From a virus (taxonomy: Duplodnaviria > Caudoviricetes): DNA of 38,716 nt. The translations under genes and the position numbers were made by a program. A model generated the notes under the pieces. That model worked only from the letters and a program-made list of their open reading frames with translations, was not told where the DNA came from and made no database searches. The stretch spans positions 1 through 38,716 of IMG/VR virus record IMGVR_UViG_3300017770_000042; one strand, given 5' to 3'. Positions 25,892 through 36,636 of the stretch are shown here, piece by piece (position 1 is the stretch's first letter; every line of letters starts with the position of its first letter).

Positions 25892-26722
25892 CTATGCTCC
25901 TAACTTAATTACTGTAAAGCCAGTTTCTGATGATGTTGAATCACCTTTTAAAGCTGTACCACTTGCAAAACTTGATGTGCTAAATTTAAACTTATGAGTT
26001 GATATGTTTGTTACATTAAAAAGATGACTATTAGAACTAGCATTGATATTGCCATCACTACCACTATTGCCACTTGATGCTATAGCTACTGATGTATAAG
26101 AAGAATTATCTGTTGTAACTTTTAACAAAAAGTTAGCAACGTCATCAGAAGCAGTTATAACTATACGAGCATTAAAATTTATAAAATATATACCAGTAGA
26201 TGGAAAACTAAAAATACCACTGCTTTCAGTTAACCCCGTTCCTATACCACCATAACCAACTCCATCATTTACTTCCCAATTTGCAGTAACGTCTGCTTGT
26301 GTACTTTCATTTGTAGTAGTAGTTAATCTCCATTGCTGTGCCAAAGCAGTAGACATACCACTTCCACCATTAGCGACTGGCAATACACCAGTAACCTTAG
26401 ATGTAAGGTCTACTGCACTACTAGCTATCTTTGCTGTACTTACAGAACCATCAGGGGGAACTACAGTTTGCAAAGCCTTACCAGAAAATATGACGTAGAT
26501 ATCATCTGATGCTGCAACTGTGTAATTTACAAAACTTAATGTAGTACCATTAGTTGTATAAGATGTTGTTGGTTCTTGTCTTACATTGTTGATGTACAAT
26601 TCTACTTCATTAGCATTAGCTACAGGATGACTCAAGGTAACTGAAGCACCTGATGCTCCTGTTAAATCTTGTTTAACCATAGAAGAGTACGAGTTTGTAG
26701 ATTGATTGCCTATGTATGGCAT
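25892..26722 (-). CDS. Tail-fibre array module (MPYIG adaptor fused to C1q-like domain)
   Basis: MPYIGNQ, INNVRQEP, VPPDGSVS, GVLPVANGG, ESSGIFSFPSTGIY. Confidence 0.7.
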   Translation of the reverse strand: MPYIGNQSTNSYSSMVKQDLTGASGASVTLSHPVANANEVELYINNVRQEPTTSYTTNGTTLSFVNYTVAASDDIYVIFSGKALQTVVPPDGSVSTAKIASSAVDLTSKVTGVLPVANGGSGMSTALAQQWRLTTTTNESTQADVTANWEVNDGVGYGGIGTGLTESSGIFSFPSTGIYFINFNARIVITASDDVANFLLKVTTDNSSYTSVAIASSGNSGSDGNINASSNSHLFNVTNISTHKFKFSTSSFASGTALKGDSTSSETGFTVIKLGA

Positions 26723-26733
26723 ATGAACTCTCC

Positions 26734-27105
26734 TTAGTTACTAATAGCTTTTACTGTTGAAATCCAAGCATCTACTGATGAAGGAGTATCTGACTGCACC
26801 CAAAGTCTATCACCGTCTTGTACAACAATTTTTGCTCCACCATCTAATATCTGTAGAGCACCTCCACTTGCTATTGGTGCACCTTTGACTAGGTAATATG
26901 TATCATTTGGATTGTTACTTGGGTCATCATCTGCATCATCATTATATGTAGTTATAAACACATCTACGTTAATTGCAGTTGTTGCTCTGTTTGCACAATG
27001 AATACCTACTATGGTATCAAAGGTATTAAAGTCTGTTCCGTCAGGTGCATCTTGAGCAGAAGTTCCTACGTCTCTCATCTTATATCGTCTAAATAATTGT
27101 GACAT
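26734..27105 (-). CDS. Virion protein associated with tail fibre (beta-rich)
   Basis: 123 aa; GIHCAN, YLVKGAPI..GGALQILDGGAKIVVQDGD. Confidence 0.65.
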   Translation of the reverse strand: MSQLFRRYKMRDVGTSAQDAPDGTDFNTFDTIVGIHCANRATTAINVDVFITTYNDDADDDPSNNPNDTYYLVKGAPIASGGALQILDGGAKIVVQDGDRLWVQSDTPSSVDAWISTVKAISN

Positions 27106-27115
27106 TTCTATTTCC

Positions 27116-28252
27116 TTATAAAGCTATTGCCATTGCTATAGCCACACCTTTAGTTGCAAAAGAACTTGTGTCTGTAGCTTCTATGTTTGCCCAATTTGAG
27201 CCATTGTAATATTTAAGTGTATTGGTACTTGTATTAAAATATAAATCTCCTGCTTCTAATGCAGAACCATCAGGGTCTTGTGTAGGGTCTGAAGGTGCTG
27301 CCCCATGATAAACATTAGAGAACTCAGTCTTAGAAGCTGCTGCTTGTTCTGCATAATACTTAGCTGAAAACAAACCACCTGCTACAGCTTCTGATGTAGT
27401 AAAACCAGTACCACCACCAACAGCCCATTGTTTAGATGAACCTAATGATTGTCCTGATTGTGTTCCTACAGCATATTCTTTAGCTGAGTATTCTGAGCCA
27501 TTTGCTGTACCTGTAGTATATGAAGCCCATTCTTTAGCAGAACCTTTACCATTTGTTCTCATAGAATAAGTACTTGTACCACCAGTTGCCCAAGACTTAG
27601 CTGAATCATCAGTAGTACCAGTTACTGTTGAATCTGTTTCTGTAGCATAGTTTTGTGCTAGTGTTGCATTGGCTGAAGCATTTTGAATAACAGTAATATT
27701 AGTTGCATTTAAATTAATATTTGTTGCATTATCTTTTACTGCATTAATGTTTGTTAAATTATTATTAACTGCATTAACACTTGTTTTGTCAGCCTCAGAT
27801 AACCATGTGGTTTCTAAATAATTCTTAGTTGCAACATCCTGTGCTGACGTTGGGTCAGCTACATTAGTTACTCTTAATGAGGTGGCATCAAACTGATTGT
27901 TAGAGTCAGAAATTGCGATAGAATCTTTGGCTATATCTATAGCTTCTTGAGCCATATTAAAACCTTGGATACTATCGTTATCTAGGTCAGATTCCTTTAA
28001 GACAGAACCTGCAGCATAGTCTACTATTCTTGCATCCTGACTAGTGCTTCTTCGTAAAACTATAGCAGCACCGTTAGCAGGAGGTGTGACAAAACTAATC
28101 GTACTAGCTGAAGGGAAACTGTAGTGGGTGGTAAGATTTAATACTGTTCCTGCCACCGTTACTACAACGTCTGAAGCAGTACGATAAGTAAATGGTATTG
28201 TGTAGTTTGTAAGTGTACCGTTTCCTGTGTACCTTTTGAGTGCGAAAGACAT
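27116..28252 (-). CDS. Tail fibre, T7 gp17-like N-terminal anchor
   Basis: YTGNG..TNYTIPF.Y, RRST, DY..GSVLKESDLD, five S[AS]Kx[WY]A repeats, ends AIAMAIAL. Confidence 0.88.
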   Translation of the reverse strand: MSFALKRYTGNGTLTNYTIPFTYRTASDVVVTVAGTVLNLTTHYSFPSASTISFVTPPANGAAIVLRRSTSQDARIVDYAAGSVLKESDLDNDSIQGFNMAQEAIDIAKDSIAISDSNNQFDATSLRVTNVADPTSAQDVATKNYLETTWLSEADKTSVNAVNNNLTNINAVKDNATNINLNATNITVIQNASANATLAQNYATETDSTVTGTTDDSAKSWATGGTSTYSMRTNGKGSAKEWASYTTGTANGSEYSAKEYAVGTQSGQSLGSSKQWAVGGGTGFTTSEAVAGGLFSAKYYAEQAAASKTEFSNVYHGAAPSDPTQDPDGSALEAGDLYFNTSTNTLKYYNGSNWANIEATDTSSFATKGVAIAMAIAL

Positions 28253-28255
28253 ATT

Positions 28256-31200
28256 TTATTTCCTTAATACGTTAAATGGTAAATTAGTTGAGTCATTAGT
28301 TCCTGTAGCTTTTAGTTTCTTATCTACAATCATCTCTGTTGACCTCTTGATTCCTGCTTCTTCATTTAAAAGTTTTATCATTGCTACTTCTCTAAAAGTA
28401 TTAATAATATTCTTTACATTCTTAACAGCAATACTTTCACTTGAGGGGACACCTATAGGTAACTTAGATTTTGTAATAGGATACAAAGCCTCTTTTAGTC
28501 TTCCTTCATAGGTATATCTCATCCACCTGTCATACAAAGTTTCTTTACCATCTGAAGTCATTTCTGTTCTCAAGTCAACGTCAGGTAATAACTTATGTTT
28601 GTATGGTGCAGTAAAGTGAGTATTGTTAGACCTAGCTAATACATATAAGTATTGTTCTATAGCTAATTCTTTATCATCTTTACCTTTTCTTCTTTGTTCA
28701 GCAGAAGTAGTAGAAAATAAATTAAAAGCCCCCATAGGATTACTTAAAGTTCTAGGTGCACCTAAAGCTGTATATTGTTTAGGGACAGTAGAATCATTAG
28801 GATTTACTCTACTCATAAAATATTGACCTAAATTTTCTGGGTCATTTAATACAGGATGGTCTTGTAGTTGCAGTTTATACCAAGTGTTAGGAACTGCAGT
28901 CTGTACTTTTTCTCCAAAAAACTTTATAAACTCACCTTCACTATCTTCTTTATATAAGTCTTCACCTAATTCTAAGATTGCATTAGCACCTGCAAACAAG
29001 TTAGCATCTCTTACAGATTGAAGTATTGCAGTTAAAGCTATTAGACTTTTATCATATAGGTGCATATATTCATTTTCACCTACGTGCTCCCCTTGTTCTG
29101 TTCTATAAGCAAGTTCGTCTAAACCTTCTAAAGCATTTACCATAATTTTTATTGGTGTAGAAAAAGGGTCAAAGTTACGATAGTTAAACTCAGAGTCACC
29201 TATAATAATTGTGTAAGGTTCTATGCCACCTGCATTTTCACCTTGTCTTCTTATTTTGTAATCTCTTCCTTGTGCTCCTGTAATATTACCTGTGGCATAT
29301 AGACTATATATAGAACCTGCAATAGCTAAAGATGTTAGAGCCTCTCCTTGTGCTCTTACTTGTCTATGGATAGGGACACCTGTTCCCCCCATTAAGTCTT
29401 TCCTAAAGTTAGGCATTACCATATTTAATCCTGGGGTCAATCTAAAACCTTCTTCAAACACACGTATAGGTGTTCTAAAGAATAATTGACCTACCAATCT
29501 CATATATGGGTTTCTATTTATGTAACCTTCATACCATTTAGCAAGTTGAGATACAGAGGATTCACCAGAAAAGTCTCGCTTAAATAAAGCATCAAGTGTG
29601 TAATCTTTACCTGCTTTGTTTGAAGCAGATTTCATTAAGTCACCATTCTTAGCTAACTCATCTGATACCCATTTGTCTACTGATTTACCTAATCTACCAA
29701 CTACACCTCTTGATACAGCTTCATCAGTTAATAATTCAGCAGCATTAGGTGCATCATCATAAGCATCATTTACAGCTTCCTTGACTTTTTTATTTACATA
29801 ATCATCTAAGTCTTTTCCTTTAAGTTTCTTTGCAGCAGCATCTTCTAGTGCTCTTGCAGTTGCATCTCCTACAACAAATTGCCTATATAGTACTTGCTCA
29901 AACATGGCATCAGTTGCTAATAAAAGTCTAGGAAAAAATCGTACAACACCACCACCATACTTCTTAGGTATGACGTTATATGATTCTAAAAATCTAGCTG
30001 TGTCTCCTGTTAGAACTGCTCTCTCGTATCTAAAAGCTGCAACACCAGAACGTAATGCTGTTTTCCATATACCTCTTATTGCACCATATTCTGATGACAT
30101 TTGTCGTAAGGCTTTTCTAGTTAAACCATCTCTCATTAAATTATTCATAAATGGTTTATAAAATGTTTTAAGTGCAGAAGGAATTGTGTTTAACATTATA
30201 GTTTTAGGTGAGAAAACATTACCAATAATAACTTCGTTAACACCTTTTAATGCTACGTTAGCCCCTCTTCCTATTTTTGCAGAAAGGTTCTGAGATAACA
30301 CTTCATCTTTAATTTCAGATACTAGTAAGTCACGTTCTCTACGTAACTCTTTAGCCTCTAAATGTCTACCTGCAACATTAGCTTCATCAATCTGTGTATT
30401 TAATCTTCTAACTTCTACATCAAGGTCAGCCTTCTTATTAGCTGTTTCCATAATATTTAAGAATCTTACTTCAGCTTGACTTCTACTTAATCCCTCGTCA
30501 GCCATTAAATTAGCTATAGATAAACCTCTACCTTCACCTGTGGTAGTACTCTTTTGAGTTTGACGTAATCTTCTAGCTGCAGATTTAGATAATGCTATAT
30601 AAACACTATCTACTGGTGCTTTTAGTTTTTCTATTTTATCTATAGTATTTCTTATTTTTTCTACTTCAGTAGGTGTAAGATTTTCTTTTCTTGCTAACTT
30701 AACTAACTCTGCTGTTTGTTGATTATATTTATCTACAACAGTCTGTGAAGATTTTTGTAATACTTGCTGTTGATTTTCTCCCATCTTAGATTTATTAAGA
30801 AAGTCAACAATTTCATCTGGACTCTTTGCACTAGCTTTTAGTAATACTTCGTTAATTTTATTAGATACTTCTTCTAATTTTGCTAGACTTTGTGTTCCAT
30901 CTTCTGTTAATCCCATAACTTTACCAGACGGTGCAACTTTATCTAACTCTACTAATACATCATTCATCTTAGTATTAATTTTTTCTGGGCTAGTATCGTC
31001 TACAATTTTATTAGCAGTAGAAAGATTTTCAGTAACTTCTTCACTAATTTCTTCAGTCACCTCTTCAGTAACTTCATTAGTTTTTACTTTAGACTTTTTA
31101 CCTTTTATAGCTGCAGTTGCGTACTTAGTACCAAAGGTAACTCCTGTTCCTAAAGCCTTACCTAATCCAAAACCAACTGCTGCACTTTTAGCAACTTCAC

Positions 31201-31951
31201 CTGAATCTATTTCTTCTCCAGTTACAGATGTTGTTACCACTTGTCTAGCTACGTTATCTGTAGCTGCATAAACAGCACCTTCTACTCCTGTGTACATTCC
31301 TGCTTTTACAGAATGTTTTAGAAGTTGCATTAGACCTTCTTTAGTAGCAATCTTTGCAGTTTGTCCACCTAAAGCAACTAAACCAAAAGTTCCTAGTCCT
31401 GCCCATGTAGTAGGGTCAGCTAATATTCCTGTAAAAAATCTACCTGTTCCTGCCAAAGATACACCTAAGTCATCATAAGATTCCATCAAGTATAGAAAGG
31501 CACGTTTCTGTGATTCAGATGCACCATGTACTCTTGCAGCATCAACAGCCATTTTAGGTAAGTTATAGTTAAAGAAACCCATCATCTCAATGCCATACTT
31601 AGCAGCATCTTCATCAGACTTACCGACAGAATCTTTAGCTTTCTTATCTCCCCAAGTAATACCTCTATTCATTTTATAAAGTATCTTTGAGGCTTCTATA
31701 AACTTTGTATCTTTAATTAAGTCTTCATCATATATAGATTCATCAGGGGTTTTATCCTCAAACCTATCAGTAAAGATAGGCTCATTTGTTGACACTTGTT
31801 GAGAATTGTTATTAGTGTTAGTAGTGTTGGTGGTTGTAGTAGGGTTTGATTTTAAATGATTTTGTATTTTTGTTTTGGCTTCATCATCAGAAAGAGAACT
31901 ATCTAATCTATATAGCTTTCCTTCATATCGAAATAATTTCTTTTCTGCCAT
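28256..31951 (-). CDS. Large internal virion protein (T7 gp16-like position)
   Basis: 1231 aa, helical; located between the gp15-like gene and tail fibre. Confidence 0.75.
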   Translation of the reverse strand: MAEKKLFRYEGKLYRLDSSLSDDEAKTKIQNHLKSNPTTTTNTTNTNNNSQQVSTNEPIFTDRFEDKTPDESIYDEDLIKDTKFIEASKILYKMNRGITWGDKKAKDSVGKSDEDAAKYGIEMMGFFNYNLPKMAVDAARVHGASESQKRAFLYLMESYDDLGVSLAGTGRFFTGILADPTTWAGLGTFGLVALGGQTAKIATKEGLMQLLKHSVKAGMYTGVEGAVYAATDNVARQVVTTSVTGEEIDSGEVAKSAAVGFGLGKALGTGVTFGTKYATAAIKGKKSKVKTNEVTEEVTEEISEEVTENLSTANKIVDDTSPEKINTKMNDVLVELDKVAPSGKVMGLTEDGTQSLAKLEEVSNKINEVLLKASAKSPDEIVDFLNKSKMGENQQQVLQKSSQTVVDKYNQQTAELVKLARKENLTPTEVEKIRNTIDKIEKLKAPVDSVYIALSKSAARRLRQTQKSTTTGEGRGLSIANLMADEGLSRSQAEVRFLNIMETANKKADLDVEVRRLNTQIDEANVAGRHLEAKELRRERDLLVSEIKDEVLSQNLSAKIGRGANVALKGVNEVIIGNVFSPKTIMLNTIPSALKTFYKPFMNNLMRDGLTRKALRQMSSEYGAIRGIWKTALRSGVAAFRYERAVLTGDTARFLESYNVIPKKYGGGVVRFFPRLLLATDAMFEQVLYRQFVVGDATARALEDAAAKKLKGKDLDDYVNKKVKEAVNDAYDDAPNAAELLTDEAVSRGVVGRLGKSVDKWVSDELAKNGDLMKSASNKAGKDYTLDALFKRDFSGESSVSQLAKWYEGYINRNPYMRLVGQLFFRTPIRVFEEGFRLTPGLNMVMPNFRKDLMGGTGVPIHRQVRAQGEALTSLAIAGSIYSLYATGNITGAQGRDYKIRRQGENAGGIEPYTIIIGDSEFNYRNFDPFSTPIKIMVNALEGLDELAYRTEQGEHVGENEYMHLYDKSLIALTAILQSVRDANLFAGANAILELGEDLYKEDSEGEFIKFFGEKVQTAVPNTWYKLQLQDHPVLNDPENLGQYFMSRVNPNDSTVPKQYTALGAPRTLSNPMGAFNLFSTTSAEQRRKGKDDKELAIEQYLYVLARSNNTHFTAPYKHKLLPDVDLRTEMTSDGKETLYDRWMRYTYEGRLKEALYPITKSKLPIGVPSSESIAVKNVKNIINTFREVAMIKLLNEEAGIKRSTEMIVDKKLKATGTNDSTNLPFNVLRK

Positions 31952-31966
31952 TTAATCATCCTTAAT

Positions 31967-33541
31967 TTACAAATTAGTAACTGGTTCATTTAAAATTCCA
32001 CCTGCTTCTAAAACAAATCTCTTCAAAGAGTCCCCTGCTTTTTTATCAGCTTTTTCTATAATTTTTAGAAAGTCATCACCCTTTGGAATTTTCTTTTTAG
32101 TTTCTATGTAAGCCTTAACTTCTTGTCTTATAGTATTATAATACTTTTCTTTAACAACACTTTGAGTTCTAATTCCTAGGGCTTTGTTTGCTCCTGAAAA
32201 TGCACTCTTCATAAACTCTGCTAGTTCTTCTTTTATTCCCACGTCATAATTTCTATTTACTTCTGTACTAAATACTAAGTTAGCACCTTCAAATAAAGTA
32301 GGTACTTTAGCAATCAATGCAGTTTTTTCTCTAGGATGAAGGTCATTTCTAGACATGATGTGGTCAATAACTTCACTTTCTGTAGACTCATCATTAAGAC
32401 TTGAGTGAATACTACTCATAGTTCCACCTTCAGAAGCATGAGTTAAAATAGCTGACTCTAACTTTGTTGATACTGCTACACTTTTATGTTGTGGTATTGT
32501 ACCTTCATTCATAATACTTATCCTATAACCCTCTAACTCAGCATAATTAGGGTCTTTTGGGTCTAAAGTAGTAGGTTTTTGCTCAATGTGATTTTTCATT
32601 ATTTCATTTTTAGAGTTTCTAAGATTCTCTTTTCTTTTATGTGCAAGTGCAGTTTTTTGTGCAGTAAACTCACTAAGTTTTAATTTATTAATTTTATTTG
32701 TTGTATCCTGTAGTCTACTTGCTGTTTCACCACTCCAGTATTTCTTAGGTAATTTAGTTAGTATCTCTGTATCTTTATTATTTATAGCTAATTCTACAGT
32801 TGCATCTACTATTTGCTTTTTCATTTCTGCATTATTTAATGGAGATACTCTTTTGTTTTTGTTATCTAGTTGGTCAATAGCACCATCTTTTTCAAATGCC
32901 TTTGCACCATTTATTTGTAGATTTCTATAGACTTCACCGTACATATATTTTTTAGCTTCACCTAATTGAAACTGTGCTCTTTGTGCTGTCCATGCAGAAT
33001 TGTTTTGACTTATAACTGAATCAAATCCTTGAAGTACACCACTCTGATAAAAGTCAGCACCTTGGTGCATATCAGATAATCTTTTTCTTTCTGCAAGTAC
33101 CTTCTTATCTAGTTCTACTTTATTATTAAATATATCAGGTTCTTCGTTTCTTAATCTTTCAATAAAATTATTTGCATCTATTTTAGCTTGGTTGTTTCCC
33201 ATAAATTCAGCAATAGCCATAGAAGTTGTTTCTGAGGCTTCAGGTACTAACTCTTTAATTTTTACAGCATCTATTTTTTTACCTTCAGACTCTGCTTTAA
33301 TTCTTTTAGCTAACACTTCTTTCTTAGCTAGTAATAATCTTTGTTTTTGTTTCTCTTCATCTACAGCAGTCTTCATAAGATTTTGACTAGATACTTTTAA
33401 GGCAGTAGCTAATTGTGATAATGTGTTGTTTTTGTTAACTTGAGGAGCACCTCTGAAGGTATCTAAACCACGTGCAGCAGGTGTACTGGTATATGAACCA
33501 AAACCTTTTACATCAGAAGTTTGTATTCTTTCTTTTGCCAT
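31967..33541 (-). CDS. Internal virion protein (gp15-like position)
   Basis: 524 aa helical; LSQLATAL N-terminal motif; synteny. Confidence 0.65.
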   Translation of the reverse strand: MAKERIQTSDVKGFGSYTSTPAARGLDTFRGAPQVNKNNTLSQLATALKVSSQNLMKTAVDEEKQKQRLLLAKKEVLAKRIKAESEGKKIDAVKIKELVPEASETTSMAIAEFMGNNQAKIDANNFIERLRNEEPDIFNNKVELDKKVLAERKRLSDMHQGADFYQSGVLQGFDSVISQNNSAWTAQRAQFQLGEAKKYMYGEVYRNLQINGAKAFEKDGAIDQLDNKNKRVSPLNNAEMKKQIVDATVELAINNKDTEILTKLPKKYWSGETASRLQDTTNKINKLKLSEFTAQKTALAHKRKENLRNSKNEIMKNHIEQKPTTLDPKDPNYAELEGYRISIMNEGTIPQHKSVAVSTKLESAILTHASEGGTMSSIHSSLNDESTESEVIDHIMSRNDLHPREKTALIAKVPTLFEGANLVFSTEVNRNYDVGIKEELAEFMKSAFSGANKALGIRTQSVVKEKYYNTIRQEVKAYIETKKKIPKGDDFLKIIEKADKKAGDSLKRFVLEAGGILNEPVTNL

Positions 33542-33549
33542 AATAAATC

Positions 33550-34083
33550 CTATGCGTTTCTAAATGCTAAGTCACCGTTTGAATCAAATTTTAGGTCTGT
33601 AGCTAATCCTGTACCTACTTCTAAAGCTGTACCTAAGAATGATGGTTGTTGTACAGATGATAAAGAATTGTATCTACCTGCCATTTGTGCGTATGCTTGT
33701 GTTTTATCATCATTAAGTTTAGCAATAGTATTTTTAGTTGAAGTAAGGTTTCTATTTAGAACTGTACCTTCTTGATAATCTACCTCATGTAATATACTAT
33801 CTATTGAAATACCTGCGACACCAGACTCACCTGCAGAAGCTATAGCTGTAGCTTTTTTATTTCTAGCATCTACCATCACATCTTGTTCAGCTTGTACTGA
33901 TGCTAATTTTTCTTCATCCATTCGCCTATCAATCATCTTAACTTGTTCTTTATAGGCTCTGTCAGCTTCTGTAGCTATTGCATTATTTCTTCTAGTTTGC
34001 TCTTTAGCTTGTTGGTCAGCAGCCATATAAGACATTGCTGCTCCTGCTATTTGCATTACTACCATTGTTGTTGGGTCACACAT
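33550..34083 (-). CDS. Internal virion protein (gp14-like)
   Basis: MCDP start, AGESGVAGISID motif. Confidence 0.8.
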   Translation of the reverse strand: MCDPTTMVVMQIAGAAMSYMAADQQAKEQTRRNNAIATEADRAYKEQVKMIDRRMDEEKLASVQAEQDVMVDARNKKATAIASAGESGVAGISIDSILHEVDYQEGTVLNRNLTSTKNTIAKLNDDKTQAYAQMAGRYNSLSSVQQPSFLGTALEVGTGLATDLKFDSNGDLAFRNA

Positions 34084-34589
34084 TATTTTTTCTCTCTTAT
34101 AAATAGGTAAAAGTCTTCACTCCCTGCACCATAAGTGCGTGATGTTTTAATATCAAATCCACACCATTGTAGCCATCTCATACCTTGAGCATTTTTACAA
34201 TGAACCATGTTGTATAGAACGTCATACTTATCTTCTAATTTTTTAATCCAATCTTTGCAATAACGTAGAAAAGGTCTTGAGTAATCTTCTAAATCACTAG
34301 AAGCTAACATCCAAGGTACACCATATTCAGGTACTTCAACTGAATCAGATATACCAAACATAGCTATAACTTTAGATTCTTGTGTCTCAGCTTTAGTTTC
34401 TAATATTGTATAAACTTCAGCATTAGGTAATTCAAAAGATTCCATTAGTGCTTTGAAAGGTGTATGTCCCATTGCTGTTACTTCAATAAGGTCAGGCTTT
34501 CTTAAACGTGGTGCAAGAACTAAAGCATCCATAGGGTCAGCTTCAACAATACTCACTATAGTTGTATCATCTATCATGTATGTATTCAT
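34083..34589 (-). CDS. gp13-like protein (acetyltransferase-like fold)
   Basis: LRKPD..EV, GVPWMLAS, LYNMV...N....RWLQWCGF. Confidence 0.75.
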   Translation of the reverse strand: MNTYMIDDTTIVSIVEADPMDALVLAPRLRKPDLIEVTAMGHTPFKALMESFELPNAEVYTILETKAETQESKVIAMFGISDSVEVPEYGVPWMLASSDLEDYSRPFLRYCKDWIKKLEDKYDVLYNMVHCKNAQGMRWLQWCGFDIKTSRTYGAGSEDFYLFIREKK

Positions 34590-36632
34590 CTATATCCTCT
34601 GTGAATGTATGGTATAGAAACCTTCCCACTCAGCAGATTGAAAAGAACATGGCAAATAACTATCTGAAGTTATCTTTACTGTTACTCTGTCATTCTTAGA
34701 TTGAATTGGAAATCTGAATGTTCCATCAGAAATGTTTACGTCTTCAATAGTTGTTGATGGACTATTAATTACGTTACCACTAAATTCATATATGTTTGTA
34801 CCTCTAGCTTCAGGTGTTACTTCTATTTTAAAGAAACCAGAGTCTTCATAATTAACTCTCATAGTTCTTAATTGTAATCGTCCTGATTGTACAGATTGTT
34901 TACCTTGGTTTTCTTTAACGTGTTGTTCTGAAAACTGGTACTCGAATGTATAAGGGATTCCTATAGTTACTGTAGATGCAGAATAATCTCCTGTAGCAGC
35001 AACTGTAGATGTTGTAGGTCTGGTTACTGTTATATCAGTACCCTTCCTGCTTGACCATGCACCAGACTTTATTGCTTTAACTGTTCCGTCGTAGACGTAT
35101 GGCAATGTCCAAGTTGTGATATTTGTTCCTGAATTGTAAGAACCTGAGACTGTAACTTTCCTGTCAACACGACTGCAGAAAGTAAGCCCAGAATCATTAG
35201 GATATTGAAGCTGTAATTTTTCAATGAATACTCCATCACTTCTACTTATTACTATAAATAAATCGTTCTCTAATATTGTTACATCAAGTACACTTGAGCC
35301 TGTGTGCATATGCCACTCAGACCAACTTGATACTAGCTTAGTTGTTCCTTGCCAATACCATTTGTATATGTATAACTTAGAACGGTCTTCACTTGATAGA
35401 CCTACTAATATATCTTCATTAGATGAGGAGGCTAATTTAACCACGTTTTTAGGTAAGTACTTAGGGCAATGGCTCGTGATTTCAGCAGCATCCACGATGA
35501 CTGTATCACTCTCCACGTAATACTCACGAACAGACGTAAAGTCTCCTCGCTTAGACGTAAAATATAAGTAGTTCCCTGAAGCAACAGGCGAAACTTTTGT
35601 ATCATTTTCAAACTCCGTACTAGGTACTATTGATATTGTTTTAGGTGTTAGTATTCCATTAGTCTCAATACTAAACTGTGTGTTGTCACTAAATAATGTT
35701 AGTGAATCATTAAAAGGAATTGCGTGTTTTAAGATAGATACTTTGGTGTGACTAACAGAAACATCTATAGGTGCATCATCTAAAACTGCAGTTACTGTTG
35801 TAGCAAAGAAATTAAAGAACTCTGCTGACTGACTAAAGATAATATTTTCATCTGATAATAAACCTAGTCTATTTTTATAGAAGAATATATTATTAATATT
35901 TCTACCTACAAAAGAAGGATTAGGATTAGAATCTAAATCACCTGCATCTCTATCAGCATATGTTTGTCTATTAAATGTAAATGAACCTGAAGTCAAAACT
36001 AAACTGTGAGGCATAGTAGTATTATCTAATTCATATATAATCCCAGGCTTTACAGTTTCTTCATAAGTATTAGCACTTAATGCTTTTACAAAGTAATTAT
36101 CAAAGTTATTATTTTGGTCACCAAGTATTTCATATACATTACCTGTAGAAGCATTTGTAGGTAAATCAGCAAATTCTTGTACACTACTACTTACTGAACC
36201 AGATACTGTTGCAGTAGTCATGGCAACTGTCTTAGTTTTGTTAACAATAAAAGTAAAATCAGCTACTGTTACGAAAGCTAAATCTGTTTGTGGGTTATTA
36301 CAATGTAAATAAGCTGTACCATTAGGTACGTTAACAGTTGCAGAATTACCTGCTAAATCAAAGGCTTGTATAGTGGCTGAACTGCTAGTTGCAGTAATAG
36401 CAATAATGTATTGATTAGCTTCATCACGATTAACAACGTGGATAGCTGCACCACTTACGGCTGAGTTTATAATTTTAGCAACGTGTTCTGTAGGTTGTCT
36501 TTTAATTAAGCCATCTATGATAGATGAAAAACCATTTACTTGACTTTCCCCCTGTGTAGTCTGTCGCAACGTAGATGGTTGCTGACTAACCCCATTTAAG
36601 AGATTAGGTAGTCCTGTACTAACGAGAGGCAT
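34590..36632 (-). CDS. Tail tubular protein B (nozzle), T7 gp12-like
   Basis: LLNGVSQQP, GLIKR, PSFVG, FFYKNRLG, GRLQLR, AEWEG. Confidence 0.93.
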   Translation of the reverse strand: MPLVSTGLPNLLNGVSQQPSTLRQTTQGESQVNGFSSIIDGLIKRQPTEHVAKIINSAVSGAAIHVVNRDEANQYIIAITATSSSATIQAFDLAGNSATVNVPNGTAYLHCNNPQTDLAFVTVADFTFIVNKTKTVAMTTATVSGSVSSSVQEFADLPTNASTGNVYEILGDQNNNFDNYFVKALSANTYEETVKPGIIYELDNTTMPHSLVLTSGSFTFNRQTYADRDAGDLDSNPNPSFVGRNINNIFFYKNRLGLLSDENIIFSQSAEFFNFFATTVTAVLDDAPIDVSVSHTKVSILKHAIPFNDSLTLFSDNTQFSIETNGILTPKTISIVPSTEFENDTKVSPVASGNYLYFTSKRGDFTSVREYYVESDTVIVDAAEITSHCPKYLPKNVVKLASSSNEDILVGLSSEDRSKLYIYKWYWQGTTKLVSSWSEWHMHTGSSVLDVTILENDLFIVISRSDGVFIEKLQLQYPNDSGLTFCSRVDRKVTVSGSYNSGTNITTWTLPYVYDGTVKAIKSGAWSSRKGTDITVTRPTTSTVAATGDYSASTVTIGIPYTFEYQFSEQHVKENQGKQSVQSGRLQLRTMRVNYEDSGFFKIEVTPEARGTNIYEFSGNVINSPSTTIEDVNISDGTFRFPIQSKNDRVTVKITSDSYLPCSFQSAEWEGFYTIHSQRI

Positions 36633-36636
36633 ATCA

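Noticed and set aside
22464-26722. Diversity-generating retroelement or shufflon acting on fibre modules
   Set aside because: No reverse transcriptase, no near-identical TR/VR pair and no inverted modules; paralogs are diverged at the DNA level.
1770-35520. Plus-strand ORFs in the track
   Set aside because: Nearly all are antisense shadows of well-supported minus-strand genes with no motifs; 13578-13766 merely spans attP and the int end.
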